Below are positions 1-8,260 of a stretch of 17,593 nucleotides of DNA, piece by piece. Below the pieces are notes generated by a model. The model saw only the letters and a list, made by a program, of their open reading frames with translations. It made no database searches and was not told where the DNA came from. This stretch comes from a virus. Numbering within the stretch: the first letter of the stretch is position 1; every line of letters starts with the position of its first letter. The stretch is from UHGV virus genome UHGV-1834291; one strand, 5' to 3'. Both the position numbers and the translations under genes were made by a program.

Positions 1-89
1 GCGTTATCACGGTAATGATTAACAGCCCATGACAGGCAGACGATGATGCAGATAATCAGAGCGGAGATAATCGCGGTGACTCTGCTCAT
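1..89 (-). CDS. Rz: Rz spanin, N-terminal fragment (truncated by window edge)
   Basis: Minus-strand ATG at 87-89 overlaps the R stop (ATGA); translation [29 protein letters not shown]... matches the lambda Rz N-terminus as I recall it; hydrophobic N-terminal TM segment. Confidence 0.85.
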   Translation of the reverse strand, partial: MSRVTAIISALIICIIVCLSWAVNHYRDN

Positions 90-562
90 ACCTCAATCTC
101 TCTGACCGTTCCGCCTGCTTCTTTGAATTTTGCAATCAGGCTGTCAGCCTTATGCTCGAACTGACCGTAACCAGCCCCAGGCATTGAAGCCCAAATATTG
201 CTGCAACGGTCGATTGCCTGACGTATATCACCGCGATCAATCATCGGTAAAGCGCCACGCTCTTTAATCTGCTGCAATGCCACAGCGTCCTGACTTTTGG
301 GAGAGAAGTCTTTCAGACCAAGCTGCTTACGGTAGGCATCCCACCAACGGGAAAGAAGCTGGTAACGTCCGGCTGCTGTTGATTTGAGTTTGGGGTTTAG
401 CGTGACAAGTTTGCGAGGGTGATCGGAGTAATCAGTGAATAGCTCTCCGCCAACAATGACGTCATAACCATGATTTCTGGTTTTCTGACGTCCGTTATCA
501 GTTCCCTCTGACCACGCCAGCATATCGAGGAACGCCTTACGTTGATTATTGATTTCCACCAT
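86..562 (-). CDS. R: Endolysin R (lambda-type lytic transglycosylase)
   Basis: 158-aa [38 protein letters not shown]..., near-identical to lambda R from memory (a few substitutions); start overlaps the S 3' end as in lambda. Confidence 0.95.
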   Translation of the reverse strand: MVEINNQRKAFLDMLAWSEGTDNGRQKTRNHGYDVIVGGELFTDYSDHPRKLVTLNPKLKSTAAGRYQLLSRWWDAYRKQLGLKDFSPKSQDAVALQQIKERGALPMIDRGDIRQAIDRCSNIWASMPGAGYGQFEHKADSLIAKFKEAGGTVREIEV

Positions 563-869
563 CTTCTACTCCGGCTTTTTTAGCAGCGAAGCGTTTGATA
601 AGCGAACCAATCGAGTCAGTACCGATGTAGCCGATGAACACGCTCGTTATATAAGCGAGATTGCTACTTAGTCCAGCGAAGTCGAGAAGGTCACGAATGA
701 ACCAGGCGATAATGGCGCACATCGTTGCGTCGATTACTGTTTTTGTAAACGCACCGCCATTATATCTGCCGCGAAGGTACGCCATTGCAAACGCAAGGAT
801 TGCCCCGATGCCTTGTTCCTTTGCCGCGAGAATGGCGGCTAACAGGTCATGTTTTTCTGGCATCTTCAT
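546..869 (-). CDS. S: Holin S, class I, with dual-start motif (Met1-Lys2-Met3: antiholin S107 / holin S105)
   Basis: 107-aa [25 protein letters not shown]... matches lambda S; two in-frame ATGs at 867-869 and 861-863; G-rich RBS GGGGG upstream; three hydrophobic segments. Confidence 0.95.
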   Translation of the reverse strand: MKMPEKHDLLAAILAAKEQGIGAILAFAMAYLRGRYNGGAFTKTVIDATMCAIIAWFIRDLLDFAGLSSNLAYITSVFIGYIGTDSIGSLIKRFAAKKAGVEDGGNQ

Positions 870-1407
870 GTCTTACCCCCAATAAGGGGATTTGCTCTAT
901 TTAATTAGGAATAAGGTCGATTACTGATAGAACAAATCCAGGCTACTGTGTTTAGTAATCAGATTTGTTCGTGACCGATATGCACGGGCAAAACGGCAGG
1001 GGGTTGTTAGCGCAGCCTCTTGCCACCCGCTTTCACGAAGATCATGTGTAGAAGGCCGCAGCGTAACTATCACTGATGAATTCAGGATAGCCAGTAGCTA
1101 CGGCTCAGTTTGGGTTGTGGCGGTCGGTGCTGAACTCCGACTTAATGACGATAGGCGTGTACCGACGCCTCGTTTTACTTCCTCCGCTTTCACGGCTTCA
1201 CCCTAGACCAGCTTTACGAAATCCTCGTAAACCTAACCGCGGCAGATATGACCGGCACGGTGTGCCATATCACGGACCGGCGGGTATCTCGTTCACCTGA
1301 TTAACGCATCAGCCTGCGTATTCACCACAACGATAAGAGCACTGCGCGGCACCTTTCACCAATTCCGCGAGGTCTGCGGGTTCAATGCTCTTACCTGTTG
1401 TGCAAAC

Positions 1408-1449
1408 AAAAAAAGCCACCGTTGCAACTTAAGAGTCACTAACGGCAGC
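1408..1449 (-). terminator. Intrinsic terminator just downstream of Q (tR'-equivalent)
   Basis: Minus-strand RNA gcugccguu-N17-aacgguggc forms a ~9-bp stem (two G-U pairs) followed by U7 (plus A-run 1408-1414). The sequence immediately after (tttgcacaacaggtaagagcattga) resembles what follows lambda tR' in my memory. Confidence 0.55.
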
Positions 1450-1459
1450 TTACCTTCTA

Positions 1460-1489
1460 ATTATGGCTAAATGGATAATTGCATGTCAA
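1460..1489 (-). promoter_or_regulatory. Candidate late promoter (pR'-like) overlapping the Q 3' end
   Basis: Minus strand TTGACA (plus 1484-1489), 18-bp spacer, CATAAT (plus 1460-1465). Would give a transcript of only ~45 nt before the terminator; qut site not identified. Confidence 0.3.
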
Positions 1490-1985
1490 GGCTTTTAACA
1501 GCAACATGCTTAACTTTCTCAACACGTTTACGCATTTTAAAAGCATTTTGCATTGGTTGGTACAAAACAAATAACGACGCTTTCAGGATGTCGTCAATTT
1601 CGTTTCTACAGGTTGCCAGTGAAGGTTTTCTCCATCCATCGCCACCACGTCCACACATCTTGCGTGGCTTTGCAGTCGCGTGATAGTAGGATGCAATTGC
1701 TCGCTTAGATGAACCATGAGCGTAGTAGCTGAGGAGGATGCCAAAGGCTTTCTTGTCAATGTACATGACGGAATCGACGACCTGAGAAATCAACATTCCA
1801 TCATCATCATTGCACATTGGCCTTGTCATAACTCTTCCCGGCTCTACGCTCTCCATGAACTTCGCTATTACGCTGCTCATGCGCTTTTCCAGACGACCTG
1901 AATAAACCCATGCGCCCCACAGTTCAAGCCAGCCATTCAGCCACTCGTGCTGCTCTTTGGTGAGGTTTAGTTCTCTTATGCCCAT
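1467..1985 (-). CDS. Q: Late-gene antiterminator, Q family (not lambda Q sequence type)
   Basis: 172-aa ORF between the nin region and the late terminator/lysis cassette; WGAW and [13 protein letters not shown] motifs resemble non-lambda Q-type antiterminators as I recall them; RBS GGGAGAA upstream. Confidence 0.7.
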   Translation of the reverse strand: MGIRELNLTKEQHEWLNGWLELWGAWVYSGRLEKRMSSVIAKFMESVEPGRVMTRPMCNDDDGMLISQVVDSVMYIDKKAFGILLSYYAHGSSKRAIASYYHATAKPRKMCGRGGDGWRKPSLATCRNEIDDILKASLFVLYQPMQNAFKMRKRVEKVKHVAVKSLDMQLSI

Positions 1986-2647
1986 GCGCCTTCTCCCTGT
2001 ACCTGAATCAATGTGAGGTTTCCGCAGAACACTGCGCCGGTATCGATATACATCTGGTTGGCAAACTTGAGTGGTTTCACTGCTGGCGTATGACCAAAGA
2101 TGAACGTGTCCGCTCCTTTGATTTCTTTCACGATCCCGTCTTGTGAGTTGCTGATTCGTTCGCGGTTCCAGATTACCTGCTGATGATCAACTGGCTTTCC
2201 AAACTCGTATTTATCACAAGGATAATCGGCGTGGCAGATGACATATTTTTTTTCTTTACTCACCAGTTCGATGATTAACGGAAGTTCATCTGCTTTATGG
2301 GCAAGAGCTTTAGCCAGAATTTCTTTGTCGTAATCGAGATTAAAGAACCAGCCACCGCCATTAAGCAGCCAGTGATTGACGTTTCCACGCTCTGATAAGC
2401 CATCAATCATCATTTGCTCATGGTTTCCACGTACAGCTCTGAACCAGGGGAATGTGATTAATTCCATACATTCGACGTTCTCTGTACCGCGATCAACCAA
2501 ATCGCCAACCGAGATAAGCAGGTCTTTTTTGGTGTCGAATCCTATCGTCTCCAGTTTTTTCATCAGGTTCGTGTAGCATCCGTGCAGATCGCCAACTACC
2601 CAAATATTTCGGTATTTGCTGCCATCAATTCTTTCGTAATAGCGCAT
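1976..2647 (-). CDS. ninI: Ser/Thr protein phosphatase (lambda PPase, NinI / orf221 type)
   Basis: Start trimmed from track ORF to internal ATG 2645-2647 ([25 protein letters not shown]...), matching the lambda PPase N-terminus; metallophosphatase motifs GDLHG, GDLVDRG, GNHE; RBS GGAG upstream. Confidence 0.9.
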   Translation of the reverse strand: MRYYERIDGSKYRNIWVVGDLHGCYTNLMKKLETIGFDTKKDLLISVGDLVDRGTENVECMELITFPWFRAVRGNHEQMMIDGLSERGNVNHWLLNGGGWFFNLDYDKEILAKALAHKADELPLIIELVSKEKKYVICHADYPCDKYEFGKPVDHQQVIWNRERISNSQDGIVKEIKGADTFIFGHTPAVKPLKFANQMYIDTGAVFCGNLTLIQVQGEGAWA

Positions 2648-2831
2648 CTCTTTCACTCCATCCGCGATGAACCATAAGAACGTCGTTGACGATGGCGTGC
2701 ATTTTCCCGTCTTTATCATCAACGTATTTTCTTACCGTGCCGCGACTACATTTCAGTCTGCGTGCCACTTCTGTCTGGTTTCCGTATGCTTCAACGAGCA
2801 TGTCTGGAATGGTTTTTACTGAGAACGTCAT
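2625..2831 (-). CDS. ninH: NinH
   Basis: 68-aa [40 protein letters not shown]... matches lambda NinH size and sequence from memory; ATGA overlap with ninG stop. Confidence 0.85.
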   Translation of the reverse strand: MTFSVKTIPDMLVEAYGNQTEVARRLKCSRGTVRKYVDDKDGKMHAIVNDVLMVHRGWSERDALLRKN

Positions 2832-3439
2832 GCGGCCTCACTTCTGCTATTTCGCAGGTCTTTGAGTTTCTGTTGGTACTCTGCCTTGATCGCCTTGCAC
2901 TCTTCGACAGTCCAGCGATGGCGGTTATGGTTTGATTCGATTTCGTCTACTGCTTCCTGCCCGATTCGGTTAATCAGTTCGACGCGATACGGAACGAGAT
3001 TTCCGCTTTTATGCTGGTTGCACACCACGCATTGCTTGTGAATATTGCGTTCATCAAATCGGAGTTGAGGTGCCGCAGCAGTTGTCCTGTAATGTCCAGC
3101 ATCCCACTGAGCAGACGTGAGCGTTCCGCACGAGATACATGGTAAGTCGCGGTCTCTTTCTCTGATGAAGGCGTTTACGGCTTGAGCCAAGTGTTTAATC
3201 CAGTAACTGCGGGGCTTTAAGGCGAGTTTTCGAATCTTAAGTTTATCTTTCTGTTTCTGCTCCTCTCGTCGTCGTTTCTTCTCTGCTGCTTTTTCCGCTT
3301 TTTCGCGTTCTTTACTTCGTCGTTCGAGTGCTATCTTGGCTCCACACTCTGGAGAGCACCACCACTGATTAGCGAATGTAGGGTGAAACCATTCCCGACA
3401 TTCTTCGTTTTTACATCGTCTTCGCGCTGGTTTAGCCAT
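2828..3439 (-). CDS. ninG: NinG / Rap recombination-associated endonuclease
   Basis: 203-aa ORF with Cys-rich N- and C-terminal clusters and K/E/R-rich linker, lambda NinG-like; start overlaps ninF stop. Confidence 0.9.
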   Translation of the reverse strand: MAKPARRRCKNEECREWFHPTFANQWWCSPECGAKIALERRSKEREKAEKAAEKKRRREEQKQKDKLKIRKLALKPRSYWIKHLAQAVNAFIRERDRDLPCISCGTLTSAQWDAGHYRTTAAAPQLRFDERNIHKQCVVCNQHKSGNLVPYRVELINRIGQEAVDEIESNHNRHRWTVEECKAIKAEYQQKLKDLRNSRSEAA

Positions 3440-3608
3440 CGTCTTCTTCCTCGTACATTGAGCTATTCGGATCGCTCATCAGTTCTGCGCAGCAATCGGA
3501 GCACACATGAACTTCCAGCACATGCAGCTTCTGACCGCAGTTAGCGCACGTTAAAGCTCGCTCGACGCTTTCTTTCTGGTATTGAAGGGATTGGGATGGG
3601 CTAAGCAT
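3432..3608 (-). CDS. ninF: NinF
   Basis: Not in ORF track (58 aa). Minus-strand translation from ATG 3606-3608: [58 protein letters not shown], matches lambda NinF as recalled; stop 3432-3434. Confidence 0.8.
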   Translation of the reverse strand: MLSPSQSLQYQKESVERALTCANCGQKLHVLEVHVCSDCCAELMSDPNSSMYEEEDDG

Positions 3609-3988
3609 TATTGGATTCTCTGCATCATGAGAAAGACAATCATGGCTGCGCGGAGAGGGTTGTCATCAAGAGTAATATGCTCACCAAAGCTATCAGCCTC
3701 CCACCATGACACTGCTTTCATGCCAGGGTTTGCTCGCTTGTATGCACATACGCTGATCATGTTTTCCATGATAATCGGCCATGCGTCTGCTGGGTTTGCG
3801 CATGGGTTAAAGGAACCGCGCTCAACTTCTACTTCAACTGCGTCTCCGTTTACAATGTCTCCCTCAAATGAGACAAACACCATATCGCCATTCTCACCTT
3901 CTTTGTAATCCGGTGATCCGTTATGAATGGCTTCGAATACCGCCACGTTAATTTCAAAATCACTTAACTGTGAATAATCCATTGTCAT
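3608..3988 (-). CDS. Hypothetical nin-region protein, 126 aa (occupies the P22 NinX position between ninE and ninF)
   Basis: Track ORF trimmed to ATG 3986-3988, which overlaps the ninE stop (ATGA); protein [24 protein letters not shown]...; no recognised motif; identity as NinX is positional only. Confidence 0.6.
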   Translation of the reverse strand: MTMDYSQLSDFEINVAVFEAIHNGSPDYKEGENGDMVFVSFEGDIVNGDAVEVEVERGSFNPCANPADAWPIIMENMISVCAYKRANPGMKAVSWWEADSFGEHITLDDNPLRAAMIVFLMMQRIQ

Positions 3989-4161
3989 TTCCTCGCACGA
4001 TATCTTAGCCACCGGATATCCCACAGGTGAGCTGTGTAATTGAAGGTTTTTACGTCAGATTCTTTTGGGATTGGCTTGCGTTTATTTCTGGAGCGTTTCG
4101 TTGGAAGGTATTTGCAGTTTTCGCAGATGATGTCGGTGAAACTTCGTCGCTGTCGCCTCAT
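3985..4161 (-). CDS. ninE: NinE
   Basis: Trimmed to internal ATG 4159-4161: [58 protein letters not shown] (58 aa), matches lambda NinE from memory. Confidence 0.85.
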   Translation of the reverse strand: MRRQRRSFTDIICENCKYLPTKRSRNKRKPIPKESDVKTFNYTAHLWDIRWLRYRARK

Positions 4162-4685
4162 GCCGCCCTCCTGACGCCCTGCCCGATCGCCATCAATGCC
4201 GCTTTGGATACGGTAGTAAACATCCGTCGAGGACTGATGAACGGTCGCCAAATCAGCAGCATGGAGCCTTTGCTGTTTCCCTTCTTCTCCAACCCTGTCG
4301 ATGGTTCGATAAAATTAATCCGTCCATCAGTGATAATGCGAACTTCGTCGACACTCTCCAGAGCCTTGCTGAACCATCCGACTGACATATCCTCTGGCAC
4401 AAGCATAACTACCGTCTGTCGCTGTTGTATGCACTGCTCAGCGGCTTTTTCCACCCACGGCCTGATATTGCTGTACGGTGGGTTATTCCAGATTGCACCG
4501 TGGCTTATCCACTCAGAATTGAGTGCGTCGTCGGCCTCAGTTAGCCAGTGAGCGCACAGAGCATTTTTGTCGCTCGCTGCCGAATCCAGCCAGAATCCAA
4601 ACTCAATATCCAGTGCATCAAAAAGCCAAAGCGGCGTTTGCCAGCAGTCCTTGTCGTGTGCTGGCGTATTTGATTTGATAGTCAT
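4158..4685 (-). CDS. Orphan DNA N6-adenine methyltransferase (phage Dam-like, NPPY motif)
   Basis: Trimmed to ATG 4683-4685 ([25 protein letters not shown]...); 175 aa; catalytic motif IV NPPY present (IWNNPPYS); ATGA overlaps at both ends; no adjacent restriction endonuclease candidate. Confidence 0.75.
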   Translation of the reverse strand: MTIKSNTPAHDKDCWQTPLWLFDALDIEFGFWLDSAASDKNALCAHWLTEADDALNSEWISHGAIWNNPPYSNIRPWVEKAAEQCIQQRQTVVMLVPEDMSVGWFSKALESVDEVRIITDGRINFIEPSTGLEKKGNSKGSMLLIWRPFISPRRMFTTVSKAALMAIGQGVRRAA

Positions 4686-5122
4686 GCAGCCCGATCTCCC
4701 CATCGCGCTTTCCATTCGAGAGCTAGTCGCGCTTCGTCTGACCACTTAACGCCACACTCTGTACCGAATGCCTGTATAAGCTCTAATAGCTCCGCAAATT
4801 CGCTTACACGCATCCTGCTGGTTGACTGGCCTATTACCACAAAGCCATTCCCGGCAAGGTTAGGAACAACATCCTGCTGCTTTAATGCTGCGGTAAACAC
4901 ACACTTCCAGCTTTCTGCATCCATCCAGCGACCATGCCATTCAACCTGACGAGAGACGTCACCAAGGCAAGCCCAAAGCTTTCGATTCTGGTCTAAGCTG
5001 CGGTTGCGTTCCTGAATGGTTACTACGATTGGTTTGGTTGGGTCTGGAAGAATTTGCTGTACCGCGTGAATAGCGTTTTGCTGATGTGCTGGAGATCGAA
5101 TTTCAAAGGTTAGTTTTTTCAT
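4682..5122 (-). CDS. ninB: NinB recombination protein
   Basis: Trimmed to ATG 5120-5122: MKKLTFEIRSPAHQQNAIHAVQQILPDPTKPIVVTIQERNRSLDQNRKLWACLGDV..., 146 aa, near-identical to lambda NinB from memory; RBS GGGGAGAGGGAAG. Confidence 0.9.
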   Translation of the reverse strand: MKKLTFEIRSPAHQQNAIHAVQQILPDPTKPIVVTIQERNRSLDQNRKLWACLGDVSRQVEWHGRWMDAESWKCVFTAALKQQDVVPNLAGNGFVVIGQSTSRMRVSEFAELLELIQAFGTECGVKWSDEARLALEWKARWGDRAA

Positions 5123-5140
5123 GACTTCCCTCTCCCCCAA

Positions 5141-5170
5141 ATAAAAAGGCCTGCGATTACCAGCAGGCCT
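5141..5170 (-). terminator. Intrinsic terminator between replication genes and nin region (tR2-equivalent position)
   Basis: Perfect 7-8 bp inverted repeat ggcctgc/gcaggcc (5148-5154 / 5163-5169) with 8-nt loop, followed on the minus strand by UUUUUAU (plus A-run 5143-5147). Confidence 0.65.
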
Positions 5171-5195
5171 GTTACAAGCTCAGTGATGTAGATGG

Positions 5196-6572
5196 TCATA
5201 CGTCAGCCCCTTGTGCATATCGTCTGCCACGTGCAGCAGGTGCATTTGATGTTGTGCAAATCTGTCTGGCTTCATCCTGGTCACATGCAACAAAGTGTCC
5301 GTTGCAGAACCGCTGGTAAACCGTACCAAGCGAGCCAAAACGGTTTTTCGTTACGATGATTTCAGCAAATGGCGCGGCGCTACTGTTCTCGTCATATACC
5401 GCTTCCCGATAGAGCATGATGATTGAGTCTGCGTCCTGTTCAATGCTTCCTGAATCACGCAAATCTGCGTTTGTCGGGCGTTTGTTTGGTCGCTTCTCAA
5501 CATCGCGCGAAAGCTGACTCAGGGAGATAACGGGCGTTTTCAGGTCTTTCGCCATCGCCTTCAGGCTTCCGGAGATGTGAGCAATTGCGAGGTCGTTGCG
5601 GTCTGCTTTCGGCTTCTCAATCAGGCCAAGATAATCCACCATGATGAGTGAGAGGTTTGGATTTTCCTGTTTGTGCCGTTCTGCGATTGAGCGTATTTCT
5701 TCGACCGATAACCGCGAGGCATCGACTACCCATACATCCAAATCTGCAAGCTGACTCATGCCGTTAGCAACGCGCGCCCAGCCTTCGTCATCCATCGCTG
5801 CAGGATTTCGCAGCACACTAACCGACATCCTCCCGGCGTTGGCAATGCTTCGCTCTGCAATCTGCAATGCGCTCATTTCCATTGAGAAAATCAATACCCC
5901 GCGCCGGACGTCAGAACCAGGAATAACGCGGCTTGCAACGCCTTCGGCAATCTTCAGCGCCAGTTCGGTTTTCCCCATACCAGGACGAGCAGCGATTATC
6001 ACCAGGTCTTCCGCGTTCATCCCTCCGGTGATGGCATCAAGTTCTTCGATTCCGGTCTTCAGGGTATCGGACTCTTCTCCGTTCCTCAGACGCCTGTCAA
6101 GCGTGTCAGTGTAGTCAGTAATGATTTCCCCTAACCGTACAGGTTTAACCTCGTCACGGGGCTTTCTGATGGCTGAAAGACGCTTTACAAGCTCATCCAT
6201 CGCCTGACTCGATGCGTCGATGGTTCCGCTCTGAATTGGTTCACGCATTTCATCCATGATTTCCAGCACCAGACGGCGGTGATAGTTATCCGCGACCATT
6301 CCGGCATATCCCTTCAGGTTTGCGGCACTAGGGCAGTTTTTGCTGGTCATCAGGATTGACGTGAAATGCTCCTCTCCGCACGCCTCGGCAACCATCAGCG
6401 CGTCGATTAGGTTTCTGTTTCGCGCCTGCTTGCGGATAACCTCGAAGGCTTTCCGGTAGAGCGGAATTGAAAACGCTTCCGGCTCAAGCGTTGCCAGAAC
6501 GTCACTGGCAGTTGGTGTTAATCCACCAATCAGCAGGCCACCGATAACGCTCGCTTCGATATCCTGTCTCAT
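5196..6572 (-). CDS. Replicative DNA helicase, DnaB family (P22 gene 12-like)
   Basis: 458 aa; Walker [13 protein letters not shown]; DnaB-like N-terminal domain; start ATG overlaps O-like stop (ATGA). Confidence 0.9.
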   Translation of the reverse strand: MRQDIEASVIGGLLIGGLTPTASDVLATLEPEAFSIPLYRKAFEVIRKQARNRNLIDALMVAEACGEEHFTSILMTSKNCPSAANLKGYAGMVADNYHRRLVLEIMDEMREPIQSGTIDASSQAMDELVKRLSAIRKPRDEVKPVRLGEIITDYTDTLDRRLRNGEESDTLKTGIEELDAITGGMNAEDLVIIAARPGMGKTELALKIAEGVASRVIPGSDVRRGVLIFSMEMSALQIAERSIANAGRMSVSVLRNPAAMDDEGWARVANGMSQLADLDVWVVDASRLSVEEIRSIAERHKQENPNLSLIMVDYLGLIEKPKADRNDLAIAHISGSLKAMAKDLKTPVISLSQLSRDVEKRPNKRPTNADLRDSGSIEQDADSIIMLYREAVYDENSSAAPFAEIIVTKNRFGSLGTVYQRFCNGHFVACDQDEARQICTTSNAPAARGRRYAQGADV

Positions 6573-7390
6573 GCAATCCCCCTGTCTGCAAACTTCCCTT
6601 CCCGTACTCCCGTTAACGAATCTTCCCTCAACAGGTAATCAAAATCAGCTGTCCAGCCCGTGTCGTTGTCTCCGAAGTAAAACGGCTTGGCCTGATGCAC
6701 AAACGCCCTGACATACGCTCTGAAACCGTCCACGTTTGGCGTTTTCAGTTGCGGGATGATTTTCTTCAGGCGGCGTTTGCGTTTCTCGTTGACCGCAACA
6801 GCGTGTGGCAGTCTGTCACCTACTTCGGTGTTGTAGGCGTTCAGGAAGGATTCGTAGTCGATTCGTTCTGCCTTGCGACGTTCAGGTTTAACCTGCCCAT
6901 CGCCGCCCCCGTTAGGGGGTAAGGGGGTATTTGTATTTATTGTCTTTTGTATATTGTCTTTTGTGTTTAGCTGACTTGGCTTATACCCATTAGCCGACTT
7001 GGCTAATGTTTTATTAGCTGTTTTAGCTAATGTTAAGCTGTCCTGGCTAATCCACTGAGAAACCACCTTGTTCACTCCGATTTTCACGCCATCAGCAATG
7101 AGGAATTTACGCTCAATAAGCTGGCGCTTGGCAGCGCAAACATGAGTGTGATGAATACCTGTCATGGCTGCTATCTGCGTGTTTGTGAGTCGATCCATCG
7201 GCTTATTGAATCCGTATGTCTTGCGCATGATAGCGAGCATCACCTTCAACTGCCGGACGGTTAAATCAGCCATCAGCAGACTGTCGGTAATCTCGTTAGC
7301 AACGCGCATGAAACCATCTTCGGTATCTGCCACGCGATGCTCCACGACCTCCAGTTGAGGCCTGTAATCAGCTAACTTAACGACGCCCAT
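6569..7390 (-). CDS. Replication initiation protein, lambda O-like N-terminal domain
   Basis: 273 aa; N-terminal segment [25 protein letters not shown] resembles the lambda O DNA-binding domain; iterons lie inside the gene as in lambda; RBS AGGAG upstream. Confidence 0.85.
   Translation of the reverse strand: MGVVKLADYRPQLEVVEHRVADTEDGFMRVANEITDSLLMADLTVRQLKVMLAIMRKTYGFNKPMDRLTNTQIAAMTGIHHTHVCAAKRQLIERKFLIADGVKIGVNKVVSQWISQDSLTLAKTANKTLAKSANGYKPSQLNTKDNIQKTINTNTPLPPNGGGDGQVKPERRKAERIDYESFLNAYNTEVGDRLPHAVAVNEKRKRRLKKIIPQLKTPNVDGFRAYVRAFVHQAKPFYFGDNDTGWTADFDYLLREDSLTGVREGKFADRGIA
6911..7051. repeat. Candidate replication origin: four ~18-bp iterons plus adjacent AT-rich tract inside the O-like gene
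   Basis: Direct repeats tagctgacttggcttata (6968-6985), tagccgacttggctaatg (6991-7008), tagctgttttagctaatg (7015-7032), taagctgtcctggctaat (7034-7051); AT-rich tract 6927-6967; G-rich gggggtaagggggta at 6914-6929. Confidence 0.7.
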
Positions 7391-7538
7391 GCTTCACTCC
7401 TGCTTTGGCTAGTCTGTAAACACCAACAAGGCGCTCTGCGAACGCCCTGTTATTTGCTGCGGCTACCACTAATCCCTCAGGTGAATCAGGGTGTCGAATC
7501 TCTTCTTTTTCCTGGTATTTCTTACGACGTTTTGTCAT
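7377..7538 (-). CDS. Small basic ORF (53 aa) between cII and O-like gene; uncertain
   Basis: ATG 7536-7538 with strong RBS AGGAG 5 nt upstream; [53 protein letters not shown]; overlaps O start by 14 nt; may instead be promoter/leader region of the antisense RNA. Confidence 0.25.
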   Translation of the reverse strand: MTKRRKKYQEKEEIRHPDSPEGLVVAAANNRAFAERLVGVYRLAKAGVKHGRR

Positions 7539-7544
7539 AATTAC

Positions 7545-7615
7545 TCCTGTGGATTGATCCAGTCTTTCTACATCAGGCCTCGAAGAATTCGCCGTTCTTC
7601 GGGGCTTTTTCTTTT
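7545..7615 (+). ncRNA. Candidate OOP-like antisense RNA (antisense to cII 3' end); 5' end not defined
   Basis: Strong plus-strand terminator at 7577-7615 inside the cII 3' coding end, the arrangement of lambda OOP RNA; promoter not confidently located (possible TTGTCA at 7532-7537). Confidence 0.35.
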
Positions 7616-7851
7616 GTCAGCATTCTGGCTACTTTCTTAGCCAGTTCCGCCAACTCCTCGTCTTCAACACCCCATTCAAGAACAGCCAGAAGCATTCCCA
7701 TTTTGGGGATGAAGCTATCTTTCCATCGCGAAATTTGCGATTCATTAATCCCTAACGCGTCGGCAACCTTTCGCTGACCACGTACAGCAATTCGATTCAG
7801 GATGTTGCTTGTAATTGCATTCGCTTTCTTGCGAGTACTTGTAAGTTGCAT
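7573..7851 (-). CDS. cII: CII-like transcriptional activator
   Basis: Trimmed to ATG 7849-7851 (downstream of nutR): MQLTSTRKKANAITSNILNRIAVRGQRKVADALGINESQISRWKDSFIPKMGMLLAVLEWGVEDEE..., aligns with lambda CII including SQISRWK and MLLAVLEWGV. Confidence 0.85.
   Translation of the reverse strand: MQLTSTRKKANAITSNILNRIAVRGQRKVADALGINESQISRWKDSFIPKMGMLLAVLEWGVEDEELAELAKKVARMLTKEKAPKNGEFFEA
7577..7615 (+). terminator. Intrinsic terminator on the strand antisense to cII
   Basis: 11-bp stem gcctcgaagaa / ttcttcggggc (one G-U) with 7-nt loop 7588-7594, immediately followed by tttttctttt (7606-7615). Confidence 0.75.
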
Positions 7852-7909
7852 ATGTAAGTATTTCCTTAACAAATAAGAAGTTATGCGCATCAAATTATGC
7901 GCGTTGTAT

Positions 7910-7953
7910 TCCCGCATTTCGGCGGGAATGATGACCATGACTGTTAAAGAGCG
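7910..7953 (-). promoter_or_regulatory. nutR: boxA plus boxB hairpin
   Basis: Minus strand cgctctttaaca (boxA, plus 7942-7953) then 13 nt then tcccgccgaaatgcggga (boxB hairpin, plus 7910-7927); lies between cro stop and cII start. Confidence 0.8.
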
Positions 7954-7959
7954 GTGTTA

Positions 7960-8154
7960 CTATTTGTTTTTCTTGTTGCTTGGGAAAGGACGAACTTCCT
8001 CTCCAATCACACTGCCATCAGGCTTTACCGTAACCATGATGTTACGGCCTGCCAGAATGGCCTTGCTGATAGCGCACTGGATTACACCAAAGTCACTGGC
8101 TGCTTTAGCCTGTCCATGGATTTTGGCGTAATCGGCAAGTGTCATTCGAATCAT
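7960..8154 (-). CDS. cro: Cro repressor (lambda Cro-like)
   Basis: Start at ATG 8152-8154 with RBS GGAGA; [62 protein letters not shown] aligns with lambda Cro ([21 protein letters not shown]...FPSNKK). Confidence 0.85.
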   Translation of the reverse strand: MIRMTLADYAKIHGQAKAASDFGVIQCAISKAILAGRNIMVTVKPDGSVIGEEVRPFPSNKKNK

Positions 8155-8183
8155 ATGCACTCTCCGTTATTAACCATGAACAA

Positions 8184-8254
8184 AGAATACTACAGGTATT
8201 CAAAGCAATCAATACTCAGGGTATTTTTAGTTTAAGTACCTTAGCTATTAGAAT
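8184..8254. promoter_or_regulatory. Right operator region: OR1, OR2, OR3 with divergent PR and PRM
   Basis: 17-bp palindromic sites gaatactacaggtattc (8185-8201), caatactcagggtattt (8210-8226), weaker aagtaccttagctatta (8234-8250), centres 24-25 bp apart. PR (minus) TTGATT-17-TATTCT overlaps OR2/OR1; PRM (plus) weak -35 and TAGAAT -10 at 8249-8254, cI ATG at 8261 suggests a leaderless mRNA. Confidence 0.75.
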
Positions 8255-8260
8255 TAAGCT

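Noticed and set aside
661-885. 74-aa plus-strand ORF antisense to S
   Set aside because: Lies entirely within the well-supported holin gene on the opposite strand; no RBS; composition typical of antisense read-through.
870-1407. Possible tRNA genes or toxin cargo between Q and S (a known insertion hotspot in other lambdoid phages)
   Set aside because: No cloverleaf-like structure or T-arm GTTCGAATC-type motif found by eye on either strand; the segment resembles the lambda S leader from memory. The 61-aa plus-strand ORF 1115-1300 has no RBS and is probably spurious. A tRNA scan would settle it.
1471-1901. Plus-strand ORFs (70 and 61 aa) inside Q
   Set aside because: Antisense to a well-supported gene; no RBS.
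2376-2576. 66-aa plus-strand ORF inside the PPase gene
   Set aside because: Antisense to a gene with near-identity to the lambda PPase.
3582-3908. 108-aa plus-strand ORF overlapping ninF and the NinX-position ORF
   Set aside because: Antisense to translationally coupled nin genes; no RBS.
4027-4749. 174-aa and 60-aa plus-strand ORFs antisense to the methyltransferase
   Set aside because: No RBS; the opposite-strand gene carries a clear NPPY methyltransferase motif.
5758-6114. 118-aa plus-strand ORF inside the helicase gene
   Set aside because: Antisense to the DnaB-family helicase; Ser/Ala/Pro-rich composition typical of antisense translation of a GC-balanced gene.
6695-7358. Plus-strand ORFs (75 and 64 aa) inside the O-like gene
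   Set aside because: Antisense to the initiator gene; no RBS.
7883-8235. Plus-strand ORFs (82 and 93 aa) and the minus-strand N-terminal extension of cII to 7938
   Set aside because: They overlap nutR and cro; the cII start at 7851 lies downstream of nutR and aligns with the lambda CII N-terminus.
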